NCBI RefSeq assembly: GCF_900112425.1
Contig: NZ_FOLP01000001.1
Location: 696,082-720,081, forward strand
Direction of reading: 5' to 3'
Source: Variovorax sp. OK212
Lineage (GTDB): Bacteria > Pseudomonadota > Gammaproteobacteria > Burkholderiales > Burkholderiaceae_C
Length of the DNA stretch: 24,000 nucleotides
Under the pieces are notes generated by a model. It was not told the DNA's origin. It saw only the letters and a program-made list of their open reading frames with translations, and made no database searches. This document shows positions 10,014 through 20,248 of the stretch, one piece after another. The position numbers and the translations under genes are program-made. Each line of letters starts with the position of its first letter. The stretch's first letter is position 1.

Positions 10014-11020
10014 GCTGCTTCCTTCATCGGTTGTTTGTTGGCGTGGGCCATCGCGGCTTCGCGCACCCATGCGCCGTCTTCCCAGGCGTCGACGCGGGCC
10101 TGCAGGCGCTCGCGGTTGCAGGGGCCGTCGCCGCCGATCACGCGCCAGAACTCGCTCCAGTCGATGGCGCCGAAGTCGTGCGCCTGGCGCTCTTCGTTCC
10201 ACTTGAGGTCGGGGTCGGGCAGGGTCACGCCGAGGATGGCGGCCTGCTCCACGGCGGCGTCGATGAACTTCTGGCGCAGCTCGTCGTTGCTGAAGCGCTT
10301 GATGCCCCAGCGCATCGACTGCGCGGAGTTGGGCGACTGGTCGTCCGGCGGGCCGAACATCATGATCGAGGGCCACCACCAGCGGTTCACCGCGTCCTGC
10401 ACCATCGCCTTCTGCGCGTCGGTGCCGTGGGTCATCATGGTCAGCAGGGCTTCGTAGCCCTGGCGCTGGTGAAAGCTCTCCTCGCGGCAGATGCGGATCA
10501 TGGCGCGCGCATACGGTGCGTACGAGCAGCGGCAGATCGGCACCTGGTTCATGATGGCCGCGCCGTCCACCAGCCAGCCGATGGTGCCCATGTCGGCCCA
10601 GGTCAGCGTGGGGTAGTTGAAGATCGAGCTGTACTTGGCCTTGCCGCTGTGCAGCGCGTCGAACATCTGGTCGCGCGAGGTGCCCAGCGTCTCTGCCGCG
10701 GCGTACAGGTACAGGCCGTGGCCGCCTTCGTCCTGCACCTTGGCCAGCAGGATGGCCTTGCGCTTCAACGTGGGCGCGCGGCTGATCCAGTTGCCTTCGG
10801 GCAGCATGCCGACGATCTCGGAGTGCGCGTGCTGGCTGATCTGGCGCACCAGCGTCTTGCGGTAGTGCTCGGGCATCCAGTCTTTGGCCTCGATGAAGTC
10901 GCCCGCGTCGATGTGGGCGTCGAAGCGCTGCTCGAGTTGCATTTCCTCGGCCGAGCGCACGGCTTTCTGCTTGCCGTCGCCTGCGTCCTTGCCCATGGTG
11001 TCCATGGCTTGTGTGTACAT
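10010..11020 (-). CDS. paaA: PaaA, catalytic di-iron subunit of phenylacetyl-CoA 1,2-epoxidase
   Basis: 336 aa. Di-iron ligand motifs DEGGHG and REESFHQ. SD AGGAGA lies 7 nt upstream of the ATG at 11020. Confidence 0.93.
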   Translation of the reverse strand: MYTQAMDTMGKDAGDGKQKAVRSAEEMQLEQRFDAHIDAGDFIEAKDWMPEHYRKTLVRQISQHAHSEIVGMLPEGNWISRAPTLKRKAILLAKVQDEGGHGLYLYAAAETLGTSRDQMFDALHSGKAKYSSIFNYPTLTWADMGTIGWLVDGAAIMNQVPICRCSYAPYARAMIRICREESFHQRQGYEALLTMMTHGTDAQKAMVQDAVNRWWWPSIMMFGPPDDQSPNSAQSMRWGIKRFSNDELRQKFIDAAVEQAAILGVTLPDPDLKWNEERQAHDFGAIDWSEFWRVIGGDGPCNRERLQARVDAWEDGAWVREAAMAHANKQPMKEAA

Positions 11021-11060
11021 CGCGGTTCTCCTTGAAAGGTGAAAGGGTCGTCGAGTCGGT

Positions 11061-13520
<2,460 letters not shown>

Positions 13521-13558
13521 CGGGGGGCAAATCTTCTAGAAGTTCGAAGGGACGGGCT

Positions 13559-14869
13559 TCAGCGCGGGCGCGTGTCGATCACGCGGCGCGCCTTGCCGGT
13601 CTGGGTGCGTTCCATCTCGTTGGGCGCATGGACCACCACGCGCGTGGAGATGCCGATGAGCGTCTTCACGCGGTGCTGCACCCAGTCGCCGATGGCGGCG
13701 CGGTCGGCCGAGGCGGCGTCGGCCGGGTTGAGCTCGCAGTGCACCTCGACCTGGTCGAGCTTGTCGGCGCGGCTCACGTGCACCTGGTACAGGCCCGACA
13801 GCGCCTGGTGCGCGAGCACGATCTCTTCGACCTGCGTGGGGAACACGTTCACGCCGCGGATGATCATCATGTCGTCGCTGCGACCGACGATCTTGCCCAT
13901 GCGGCGGAACGAGCGCGAGGTGGGCGCCAGCAGGCGCGTGAGGTCGCGCGTGCGGTAGCGCACGATGGGCATGGCCTCCTTGCTCAGCGAGGTGAAGACC
14001 AGTTCGCCTTCTTCGCCGTCGGCCTTCAGCTCGCCGGTCTCGGGGTCGATGATCTCGGGGTAGAAGTGGTCTTCCCAGATGACCGGGCCGTCCTTGCTCT
14101 CCACGCATTCGCTGGCCACGCCCGGGCCCATCACTTCGGACAGGCCATAGATGTCGACCGCGTCCAGGCCGGCCTTGGCCTCGATGTCGCGGCGCATGGC
14201 CTCGGTCCACGGTTCGGCGCCGAAGATGCCGATCTGCAGCGAGCTGTCTTTCGCGTCCAGGCCCTGGCGTTCGAACTGCTCGATGATCACCTGCATGTAG
14301 CTGGGCGTGACCATGATGATGTTCGGCTTGAAGTCCTGGATGAGCTGCACCTGCTTCTCGGTCTGGCCGCCCGACATCGGGATGACGGTGCAGCCCGCGC
14401 GCTCGGCGCCGTAGTGCGCGCCCAGGCCGCCGGTGAACAGGCCGTAGCCGTAGGACACATGGATCATGTCGCCGGGCCGCCCGCCCGCCGCGCGGATGGA
14501 GCGCGCCACCAGGCCGGCCCAGGTGTCGATGTCCTTCAGCGTGTAGCCGACCACGGTCGGCTTGCCGGTGGTGCCGGAGGACGCGTGGATGCGCGCGACT
14601 TTCTCGCGCGGCACGGCGAACATGCCGAAGGGGTAGTTGTCGCGCAGGTCGCTCTTCACCGTGAACGGGAACTTCGACAGGTCGGCCAGCGACTTCAGGT
14701 CGTCGGGGTGCACGCCCTTGGCGTCGAAGGCCTTGCGGTAGTGCGCCACGTTGTCGTAGGCGTTCTGCAGCGTGGCGCGCAGGCGCGTGAGCTGCAGCGC
14801 GGCGATCTCGTCGCGGCTGGCGGTCTCGATGGGGTCGAGCTCGCCGGGGGCGGGGTGTTTGACGGTCAT
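13559..14869 (-). CDS. paaK: Phenylacetate-CoA ligase
   Basis: 436 aa. Adenylate-forming motif SSGTTGKPT, YGLSE, and the characteristic PaaK length and N-terminus (DPIETASRDEIAALQLTRLR). Confidence 0.93.
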   Translation of the reverse strand: MTVKHPAPGELDPIETASRDEIAALQLTRLRATLQNAYDNVAHYRKAFDAKGVHPDDLKSLADLSKFPFTVKSDLRDNYPFGMFAVPREKVARIHASSGTTGKPTVVGYTLKDIDTWAGLVARSIRAAGGRPGDMIHVSYGYGLFTGGLGAHYGAERAGCTVIPMSGGQTEKQVQLIQDFKPNIIMVTPSYMQVIIEQFERQGLDAKDSSLQIGIFGAEPWTEAMRRDIEAKAGLDAVDIYGLSEVMGPGVASECVESKDGPVIWEDHFYPEIIDPETGELKADGEEGELVFTSLSKEAMPIVRYRTRDLTRLLAPTSRSFRRMGKIVGRSDDMMIIRGVNVFPTQVEEIVLAHQALSGLYQVHVSRADKLDQVEVHCELNPADAASADRAAIGDWVQHRVKTLIGISTRVVVHAPNEMERTQTGKARRVIDTRPR

Positions 14870-14882
14870 GGTGCTTGTCTCC

Positions 14883-15341
14883 TCAGGCTGCGACAGCGGG
14901 GCGGCCCTTGGCCGTGTACGAGCGGCCGCGGAAGATCGCGATGCGCTCGCCGCGCTGGTTGGTGATTTCGGTGTCGTACACGCCGGTGCGCCCGGCCTTC
15001 GACACTTCCTGGCAACGCGCGGTGAGCAGGTCGCCCTCGCGCGCCGGGGCGATGAAGTCGATGGCGAAGCCCGAGGCCACGGTCAGCTCGTTGTACGAGT
15101 TGCAGGCGAAGGCGAAGGTCGAGTCGGCCAGCGTGGCCATGAAGCCGCCGTGGCACATGGCGTGGCCGTTGAGCATGTCGGGGCGCACGCGCATCTCCAG
15201 CGTGGCCTGGCCGGGGCCGACCTCGACGATGCGCATGCCCAGGCCCTTGCTCGCGTTGTCGTTGGCGAACATGCCGTCGCGCACGTACTCGGCGGTCTGC
15301 TGGGGCGTGCGGGTGGTGTCGGAAGTGTGGGATGTGGTCAC
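14883..15341 (-). CDS. paaI: PaaI hot-dog fold acyl-CoA thioesterase
   Basis: 152 aa. Contains the CHGGFMATLADS motif and the LGMRIVEVGPGQATLEMRVRPDMLN segment typical of PaaI. The start codon at 15341 is GTG, 3 nt after the paaG stop, so the start is less certain than the gene call. Confidence 0.85.
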   Translation of the reverse strand: MTTSHTSDTTRTPQQTAEYVRDGMFANDNASKGLGMRIVEVGPGQATLEMRVRPDMLNGHAMCHGGFMATLADSTFAFACNSYNELTVASGFAIDFIAPAREGDLLTARCQEVSKAGRTGVYDTEITNQRGERIAIFRGRSYTAKGRPAVAA

Positions 15342-15344
15342 GGC

Positions 15345-16148
15345 TCAGCGGTCCTTGAAGATGGGTGCGCGCTTGGCGCGGAAGGCCTCGACGCCTTCGC
15401 GGTAGTCGTCGGCATTGCCCATGGCGCGCTGCACGCGGGCTTCCTCGTCGAGCGCGGTCGCCAGGTCCATGTCTTGTGCGTCGGCCATGGCCTGGCGCGT
15501 GGCGACCAGGGCGCGGGTGGGCATGCCGGCCAGCTTCAGTGCCAGCGCGGCGGTGGTTTCGGTGAGCGCCGCGTCGTCCACGCATTGCCAGATCAGGCCG
15601 ATGCGCGCCGCTTCCTCGGCGGGCAGCTTGTCGCCCAGCATCGCGATGCCCAGCGCGCGTGCCGAGCCCACGAGGCGCGGCAGCAACCAGGTGCCGCCGG
15701 TGTCGGGCACAAGGCCGATCCTGGTGAAGGCCTGGATGAAACTGGCCGAGCGGCCGGCCACCACCAGGTCGCAGCACAGCGCCAGGTTGGCGCCCGCGCC
15801 GGCGGCCACGCCGTTCACGGCGGCAACCACCGGCACCGGCATCGAGCGCAGGCGCGCGACCAGCGGGGCGTAGTAAGTGGAGATGACGTGGCCCAGGTCC
15901 TTGGGCGCGGCGCCGGGCGCCGGGTCGGGCGCGACCGAGGGGTCCGCCAGGTCCTGGCCGGCGCAGAAGGCGCGGCCGGCGCCGGTGAGCACCACGCAGC
16001 GCACGCCGGCATCCGTTGCCGCCGATTCCAGTGCGGCCATCAGCGCGGCATGCAGCTCGGTGGTGAAGCTGTTGAGCGCCGCGGGGCGGTTGAGGCTCAG
16101 CGTGCGCACCGCGCCGGCATTGCTGATGAGAACCAAAGGCTCAGTCAT
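15345..16148 (-). CDS. paaG: PaaG, 1,2-epoxyphenylacetyl-CoA isomerase (crotonase family)
   Basis: 267 aa. Crotonase motifs FCAGQDL and [14 protein letters not shown], a C-terminal [14 protein letters not shown], and close collinearity with E. coli PaaG as recalled. It is the first gene of the long minus-strand array. Confidence 0.88.
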   Translation of the reverse strand: MTEPLVLISNAGAVRTLSLNRPAALNSFTTELHAALMAALESAATDAGVRCVVLTGAGRAFCAGQDLADPSVAPDPAPGAAPKDLGHVISTYYAPLVARLRSMPVPVVAAVNGVAAGAGANLALCCDLVVAGRSASFIQAFTRIGLVPDTGGTWLLPRLVGSARALGIAMLGDKLPAEEAARIGLIWQCVDDAALTETTAALALKLAGMPTRALVATRQAMADAQDMDLATALDEEARVQRAMGNADDYREGVEAFRAKRAPIFKDR

Positions 16149-16196
16149 GGCGTGTCTCTTTCATCCTTCGTGGGAGCCGTTCAAAGCACAAACACT

Positions 16197-16218
16197 ATTG
16201 ACCGACCGTTCGGTTGAT
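16197..16218. promoter_or_regulatory. 22-bp imperfect palindrome, candidate PaaR operator in the paaG / paaY-paaR divergent region
   Basis: ATTGACCGACCGTTCGGTTGAT has the core ACCGA-CCGT-TCGGT with symmetric flanks. It is the only long dyad in the 169-bp divergent intergenic region, 49 bp from the paaG ATG and 100 bp from the paaY ATG. From memory, the ACCG-N2-CG-N2-CGGT core resembles reported TetR-type PaaR operators. Confidence 0.5.
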
Positions 16219-16226
16219 TTTAGGAT
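16198..16226 (+). promoter_or_regulatory. Candidate sigma-70 promoter for paaY-paaR
   Basis: -35 TTGACC (16198-16203), 17-bp spacer, -10 TAGGAT (16221-16226). The palindrome covers the -35 and the spacer. Sequence inspection only. Confidence 0.3.
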
Positions 16227-16246
16227 CGACCTCGGCAACGGCACAA
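16217..16246 (-). promoter_or_regulatory. Candidate sigma-70 promoter for the paaG...paaZ array
   Basis: On the minus strand: -35 TTGTGC (16246-16241), 18-bp spacer, -10 TAAAAT (16222-16217). It sits back-to-back with the plus-strand -10, and the palindrome starts at the -10 and covers the presumed start site. Sequence inspection only. Confidence 0.3.
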
Positions 16247-16317
16247 GCGGGGGCTATTCAGGGCAAACCCTAGGACCCGCGAAAACTTGTGCCAACCCGA
16301 GACAACAAGGAGACCGA

Positions 16318-16947
16318 ATGCCCAGCTATTCCATCGACGGCGTGATCCCGGTCGTCGACCCGAGCGCGTACGTGCACCCCACGGCCGTGCTGATCGGCGA
16401 CGTGATCGTCGGCCCCCGCTGCTACGTGGGCCCGTGCGCGAGCCTGCGCGGCGACTTCGGGCGCATCGTGCTGGAGGAGGGCGCCAACGTGCAGGACCAC
16501 TGCTGCATCCACGGCTTTCCGGAGAACGACACCGTGGTGGAGGTCAACGGCCACATCGGCCACGGCGCGATCCTGCACAGCTGCATCGTGCGGCGCGACG
16601 CGCTGGTGGGCATGAACGCGGTGGTGATGGACGAGGCCGAGATCGGCGAGAAGTCGATCGTGGCCGCCTGCGCCTTCGTGCCGGCCGGCATGAAGGTGCC
16701 GCCGCGCTCGCTGGTGGCGGGCATTCCGGCGAAGGTGCGGCGCGAGCTGAGCGACGACGAGATCGCGTGGAAGCTCGAAGGCACGCAGACCTACCAGGCG
16801 CTCACGGTGCGCAGCCTCGCGAGCCTGCATGAGGTGGCGCCGCTCGCGCAGGTGGAGGCCGGCCGGCCGCGGCTGCCGCAGACCGACGTGCGCTCGCTCA
16901 TCGCCACCAAGCGAGGCGAACGGGGCGAACGGGGCGAGGGCGGCTGA
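16318..16947 (+). CDS. paaY: PaaY, hexapeptide-repeat (gamma-carbonic-anhydrase-like) thioesterase/regulatory protein
   Basis: 209 aa from the ATG at 16318 ([32 protein letters not shown]...) with SD AAGGAGA at 16307-16313. Left-handed beta-helix hexapeptide repeats. The upstream part of track ORF 15877..16947 is antisense to paaG and rejected. The unusual C-terminal tail [12 protein letters not shown] comes from a 9-bp tandem repeat. Confidence 0.88.
   Translation: MPSYSIDGVIPVVDPSAYVHPTAVLIGDVIVGPRCYVGPCASLRGDFGRIVLEEGANVQDHCCIHGFPENDTVVEVNGHIGHGAILHSCIVRRDALVGMNAVVMDEAEIGEKSIVAACAFVPAGMKVPPRSLVAGIPAKVRRELSDDEIAWKLEGTQTYQALTVRSLASLHEVAPLAQVEAGRPRLPQTDVRSLIATKRGERGERGEGG
16915..16941. repeat. 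In-frame 9-bp tandem repeat x3 at the paaY 3' end
   Basis: GGCGAACGG GGCGAACGG GGCGAGGGC, encoding GERGERGEG immediately before the stop codon. Confidence 0.85.
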
Positions 16948-17020
16948 GCGCGCCGGTGCTTCGTGCAAGATCGCCCGTTGCCTTCAACCGATCACCCGAT
17001 CAACCCAGGAACCCGACCCG

Positions 17021-17704
17021 ATGCCGCGTGGAAGATCCGCCACCTACGACGACCAGCGTGAACTGATCCTTGCGCAGGCCGCCCAGCTGTTCGCGCGCAG
17101 CGGCTACCCGGCCACCTCGATGAACCAGGTGGCCGAGGCCTGCGGCCTGTCGAAGGCCACGCTCTATCACTACTACAAGGACAAGAGCAGCCTGCTGATC
17201 AGCATTGCCGAGACGCACGTGTCCAAGCTGGCCGCGCTGGTGGCCGAGGAAGAGGCTTCCACGCACACCGACGAGCAGCGCCTGCGCCGCTTCATCTACC
17301 GCATCGTCGAGGAATACGCCGGCGCGCAGGACGCGCACCGCGTGCTGACCGACGACGTGCGCTTTCTCGAAGAGGCCGACCGCGAGCGCGTGCTCGACAA
17401 GGAGCGCGAGGTGGTCGCGGGCTTTGCGCGCGCGGTGTCGGCGATACGCCCCGGCGCGCCCAGCGACGAGCTCGCCAAGCCGCTGACCATGCTGCTGTTC
17501 GGCATGATCAACTGGATGTTCACCTGGATGAAGCCCAACGGCCGGCTCGACCACACGGCGATTGCGCCGATCGTGGCCGACCTGTTCCTGGGCGGCATCG
17601 GCGCTGTGAAGTCGCCGGACTATGCGGCCATCGAGGCCGCGAAGGCCGCAATGGCCACAGCGGCCACAGCGGCTGCAGCGGCCGCCCAGGCGGTCACCGA
17701 GTAA
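17021..17704 (+). CDS. paaR: TetR-family transcriptional regulator, probable PaaR repressor of the paa genes
   Basis: 227 aa from the ATG at 17021 (MPRGRSATYDDQRELILAQAAQLFARSGYPATSMNQVAEACGLSKATLYHYYKDK), i.e. an N-terminal TetR HTH. It lies next to paaY and divergent from the paa operon, the arrangement seen for PaaR-type regulators. Ala-rich C-terminal tail. Confidence 0.8.
   Translation: MPRGRSATYDDQRELILAQAAQLFARSGYPATSMNQVAEACGLSKATLYHYYKDKSSLLISIAETHVSKLAALVAEEEASTHTDEQRLRRFIYRIVEEYAGAQDAHRVLTDDVRFLEEADRERVLDKEREVVAGFARAVSAIRPGAPSDELAKPLTMLLFGMINWMFTWMKPNGRLDHTAIAPIVADLFLGGIGAVKSPDYAAIEAAKAAMATAATAAAAAAQAVTE
17653..17688. repeat. In-frame 9-bp tandem repeat x3-4 at the paaR 3' end
   Basis: GGCCACAGC GGCCACAGC GGCTGCAGC (GGCCGCCCA), encoding the ATAATAAAAAA tail. 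Confidence 0.8.
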
Positions 17705-18497
17705 CCGCGTAGCGCGCCGCCGGCTTGCCGCTCTGCGACGCGCCGAACAGCTTGGCGCTCGCATCGGTGAAGCCGGCAAGCAATGCCGCTTCGTTCACCG
17801 ACGGCATCGTGATCGCCTCGCCCTGGTCGAGCCCGGCCAGCGCGGCGTCCACGCAGTGCTCGGCGGCCATCACCGTGCCTTCGGCCAGGTTCGACACCGG
17901 CACGCCCGACAGCTCCCAGATGTCGGTGGCCGTGGCCGCCGGCAGCACCAGTTGCACCTTCACGCCGGTGCCCGCCACTTCGTCCTGCAGGCCGCGCGTG
18001 AACGCCAGCACGAAGGCCTTGGTGCCGCTGTAGATGCTGCTGATCGGCAGCGTGTGGAAGCCCAGCACCGAGCCGATGTTGACCAGCGTGCCGCGGTTGC
18101 GCGCCTTGAAGGCGGGCAGCACCGCGTGGCTCAGGCGGGCCAGCGCCTGGATGTTCACGTCGAGCATCGACTGCAACTGCCCGGCCGAGGTCTGCGCCAC
18201 GGGCGCCAGCGTCGAGGTGCCGGCGTTGTTCACCAGCAGCGTGATCGCGGGGTTGGTGGCCACCGCCTGGGCCACGCGCTCGAGGTCTGCCGCCGCGCCC
18301 AGGTCGGCCGCCAGCGCCTGCACCTTCACGCCGTAGGCCGCGCGCAGGGTCTTCGCCACTTCTTCCAGCAGGTCGCCGCGCCGGGCCACCAGCAGCAGGT
18401 CGTACCCGCGGCGGGCCAGGCGGTCTGCGTAGATCTTGCCGAGACCGGCGGAGGCGCCCGTGACGACGGCGGTGCCGAGGCTTGCTTGTTCGCTCAT
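17694..18497 (-). CDS. Short-chain dehydrogenase/reductase (classical SDR), substrate unknown
   Basis: 267 aa. Cofactor motif TGASAGLG, NNAG, catalytic YSGTK. Its 3' end overlaps the paaR 3' end by 11 bp (convergent). Confidence 0.88.
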   Translation of the reverse strand: MSEQASLGTAVVTGASAGLGKIYADRLARRGYDLLLVARRGDLLEEVAKTLRAAYGVKVQALAADLGAAADLERVAQAVATNPAITLLVNNAGTSTLAPVAQTSAGQLQSMLDVNIQALARLSHAVLPAFKARNRGTLVNIGSVLGFHTLPISSIYSGTKAFVLAFTRGLQDEVAGTGVKVQLVLPAATATDIWELSGVPVSNLAEGTVMAAEHCVDAALAGLDQGEAITMPSVNEAALLAGFTDASAKLFGASQSGKPAARYAVTR

Positions 18498-18529
18498 TTC
18501 GAATCCATTCAGGAGTAGGTTGGGTGCTC

Positions 18530-18551
18530 AAGCATGATGATCATCATGTTT
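18530..18551. promoter_or_regulatory. Operator-like 22-bp palindrome 1 in the SDR/TetR divergent region
   Basis: AAGCATGAT-GATC-ATCATGTTT. The 9-bp arms have one mismatch, and the inner CATGATGATCATCATG is a perfect 16-bp palindrome. Confidence 0.55.
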
Positions 18552-18578
18552 GATCGGCCGAAGCATGATGGCTATCAT
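18550..18578 (+). promoter_or_regulatory. Candidate sigma-70 promoter for the TetR gene at 18629
   Basis: -35 TTGATC (18550-18555), 17-bp spacer, -10 TATCAT (18573-18578). Palindrome 2 overlaps the -10. Confidence 0.35.
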
Positions 18579-18582
18579 GCTT
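18561..18582. promoter_or_regulatory. Operator-like 22-bp palindrome 2 in the SDR/TetR divergent region
   Basis: AAGCATGAT-GGCT-ATCATGCTT has perfect 9-bp arms, the same arms as palindrome 1. Centre-to-centre distance is 31 bp. Confidence 0.55.
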
Positions 18583-18628
18583 AGCGTCAAGCCAGTGTTC
18601 GAAGTACCCCGCAGCAGGAAGAGGTCAC

Positions 18629-19204
18629 ATGCGATACCCCGCAGCAGAAACCGCCGAAAAGCACCAGAAGATCCTTGTGGAAGCCTCGCGCCTGTTCAAG
18701 GAGCGCGGCTTCGGTGTCAGCGTGAGCGAGATCATGAAAGCCACCGGCCTTACGCACGGGCCCTTCTACAACCACTTCGAGTCGAAGGAGGCGCTGATGG
18801 CCGAGTGCATCGCGCACTCCGCGGACGGCGCGCTGGTCGAGCTCGACGCGGCCGGCGAAACGCCCGAGGGCATGCGCGCCTATGTGCGCGACTACCTGAG
18901 CCACGAGCACCGCGACGCGCGCGCCGACGGCTGCCTGGTGGCGGCCTTCGCGGGGCAGGCGGGCAGCGCGCAAGGCGTGAGCACCTCGCTGACGACGTAC
19001 CTGAAGTCGGTCATCGGGCGCTTTGCCGGCAACTTCCCCTGGCGCACGAAGAAGAACGCCCGGGGCGACGCGATTCGCATGCTCGCCGCGATGTACGGCG
19101 GCGTGGTGCTGGCCCGCGCGGTGGACGACGAGGCCTTGTCCGAGGAAATCCTGCGCGAGGTGCTGGCGGGCCTTCAGGCCCTGCCGAAGCCTACCGACAC
19201 GTAG
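18629..19204 (+). CDS. TetR-family transcriptional regulator (divergent from the SDR gene)
   Basis: 191 aa. HTH VSVSEIMKATGLTHGPFYNHFESK. SD GGAAGAGG lies upstream of the ATG at 18629. Confidence 0.85.
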   Translation: MRYPAAETAEKHQKILVEASRLFKERGFGVSVSEIMKATGLTHGPFYNHFESKEALMAECIAHSADGALVELDAAGETPEGMRAYVRDYLSHEHRDARADGCLVAAFAGQAGSAQGVSTSLTTYLKSVIGRFAGNFPWRTKKNARGDAIRMLAAMYGGVVLARAVDDEALSEEILREVLAGLQALPKPTDT

Positions 19205-19210
19205 GCAAGC

Positions 19211-20248
19211 CTAGAGAATCCGGTTGAACCACAGCAGCGACAGCCCGGCCGACAACAGCGTGAGCACGGCGGCGCCCATCGCGAACAGCGCGGAGATTTC
19301 GGTTTCCTTCTTCTCCACGGTGAGCTTGGAACTCAGCGTGTTGTAGACCTTCTTCAGGTCGTCGGCGGTGCCCGCGTAGAAGTACTCGGCATTGGTCTTG
19401 TTGGCGATGGCCTTGAGCGTGTCCTCGTCGAGCCGCACGCGCATCGACCAGCCCTCGAAGCCGATGGTCTCGCCGTCCACCGTGCCCACGCCCACCGTGT
19501 AGATGCGCACGCCGCGGTCGGCCGCGGCCTTGGCTGCGTCGAGCGGGTCGACGCCGGTGGTGCGCTGGCCGTCGGTCAGCATGATGATCGCGGCCGAGGT
19601 GAACGAGCCGGGCGCCACGGGCGTGAAGTCCTTGAGCTTCTTCTCCGACTGGTCGATGGCCGCGCCGCGCTGGCGGCTCGGCGCGCTGAACTGCTCCACG
19701 TCCAGGCCCGCGTCGGGGAACAGCGTGGCCAGCGACACCACGATGGCATTGCCCGTGGCGGTGGCGCGCTGCAGCTGGAAGCTGTCGATGGCGGTCACCA
19801 GGTCTTCGTGGTTGGTGGTGGGCAGCTGCGCCACCTGCGCGCTGCCCGCGAAGGCCACCACGCCCACCTTCACGCTGCGCGGCAGGTCCTTGATGAAGCT
19901 CTTGGCCGCTTCCTGCGCCGCCACCAGCCGGTTGGGCAGCACGTCGGCCGCGCGCATGCTGCCCGACACGTCCATCGCCAGGATGATGGTCTGCTGGTTC
20001 GACGGCAGCACCACCACCGCCATCGGCCGCGCCGCGGCCACCAGCATCGCGGCCATGGCCAGCAGGAACAGCAGCGGCGGAAGATGCCTGCGCAGGCTCT
20101 GCGCCGGGCCCATGGCCTCGCGCACGATCGACAGGCTCGCGTAGCGCACCGCCAGCTTCTTCTTGCGCCGCAGCAGCCACAGGTAGAGCAGGATCAGCAG
20201 CGGCAAGGCCGCCAGCAGGTAGAGGAATTGAGGCCAGAGAAAGGTCAT
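19211..20248 (-). CDS. BatA-like membrane-anchored von Willebrand factor A (VWA) domain protein
   Basis: 345 aa from the ATG at 20248 (MTFLWPQFLYLLAALPLLILLYLWLLRRKKK...). This ATG overlaps the DUF58 stop as ATGA. Two N-terminal TM helices separated by a strongly basic loop, MIDAS motif DVSGSM, TDG, and a C-terminal TM helix. The upstream part of track ORF 19211..20488 is rejected. Confidence 0.85.
   Translation of the reverse strand: MTFLWPQFLYLLAALPLLILLYLWLLRRKKKLAVRYASLSIVREAMGPAQSLRRHLPPLLFLLAMAAMLVAAARPMAVVVLPSNQQTIILAMDVSGSMRAADVLPNRLVAAQEAAKSFIKDLPRSVKVGVVAFAGSAQVAQLPTTNHEDLVTAIDSFQLQRATATGNAIVVSLATLFPDAGLDVEQFSAPSRQRGAAIDQSEKKLKDFTPVAPGSFTSAAIIMLTDGQRTTGVDPLDAAKAAADRGVRIYTVGVGTVDGETIGFEGWSMRVRLDEDTLKAIANKTNAEYFYAGTADDLKKVYNTLSSKLTVEKKETEISALFAMGAAVLTLLSAGLSLLWFNRIL

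Noticed and set aside
13533-13549. CTTCTAGAAG perfect 10-bp palindrome followed by TTCGAA in the 38-bp paaK-pac spacer, considered as a regulator binding site or internal promoter
   Set aside because: It is short, has no second copy in the window, no promoter-like hexamers around it, and no similarity to the candidate PaaR operator. I noted it only as something to examine if pac proves to be separately regulated.
19202-19213. Palindrome TAGGC-AA-GCCTA spanning both stop codons of the convergent TetR and VWA genes, considered as a bidirectional terminator
   Set aside because: The stem is only 5 bp with a 2-nt loop and there are no flanking U/A tracts. It is too weak to call, and probably arises by coincidence from two facing TAG stops.
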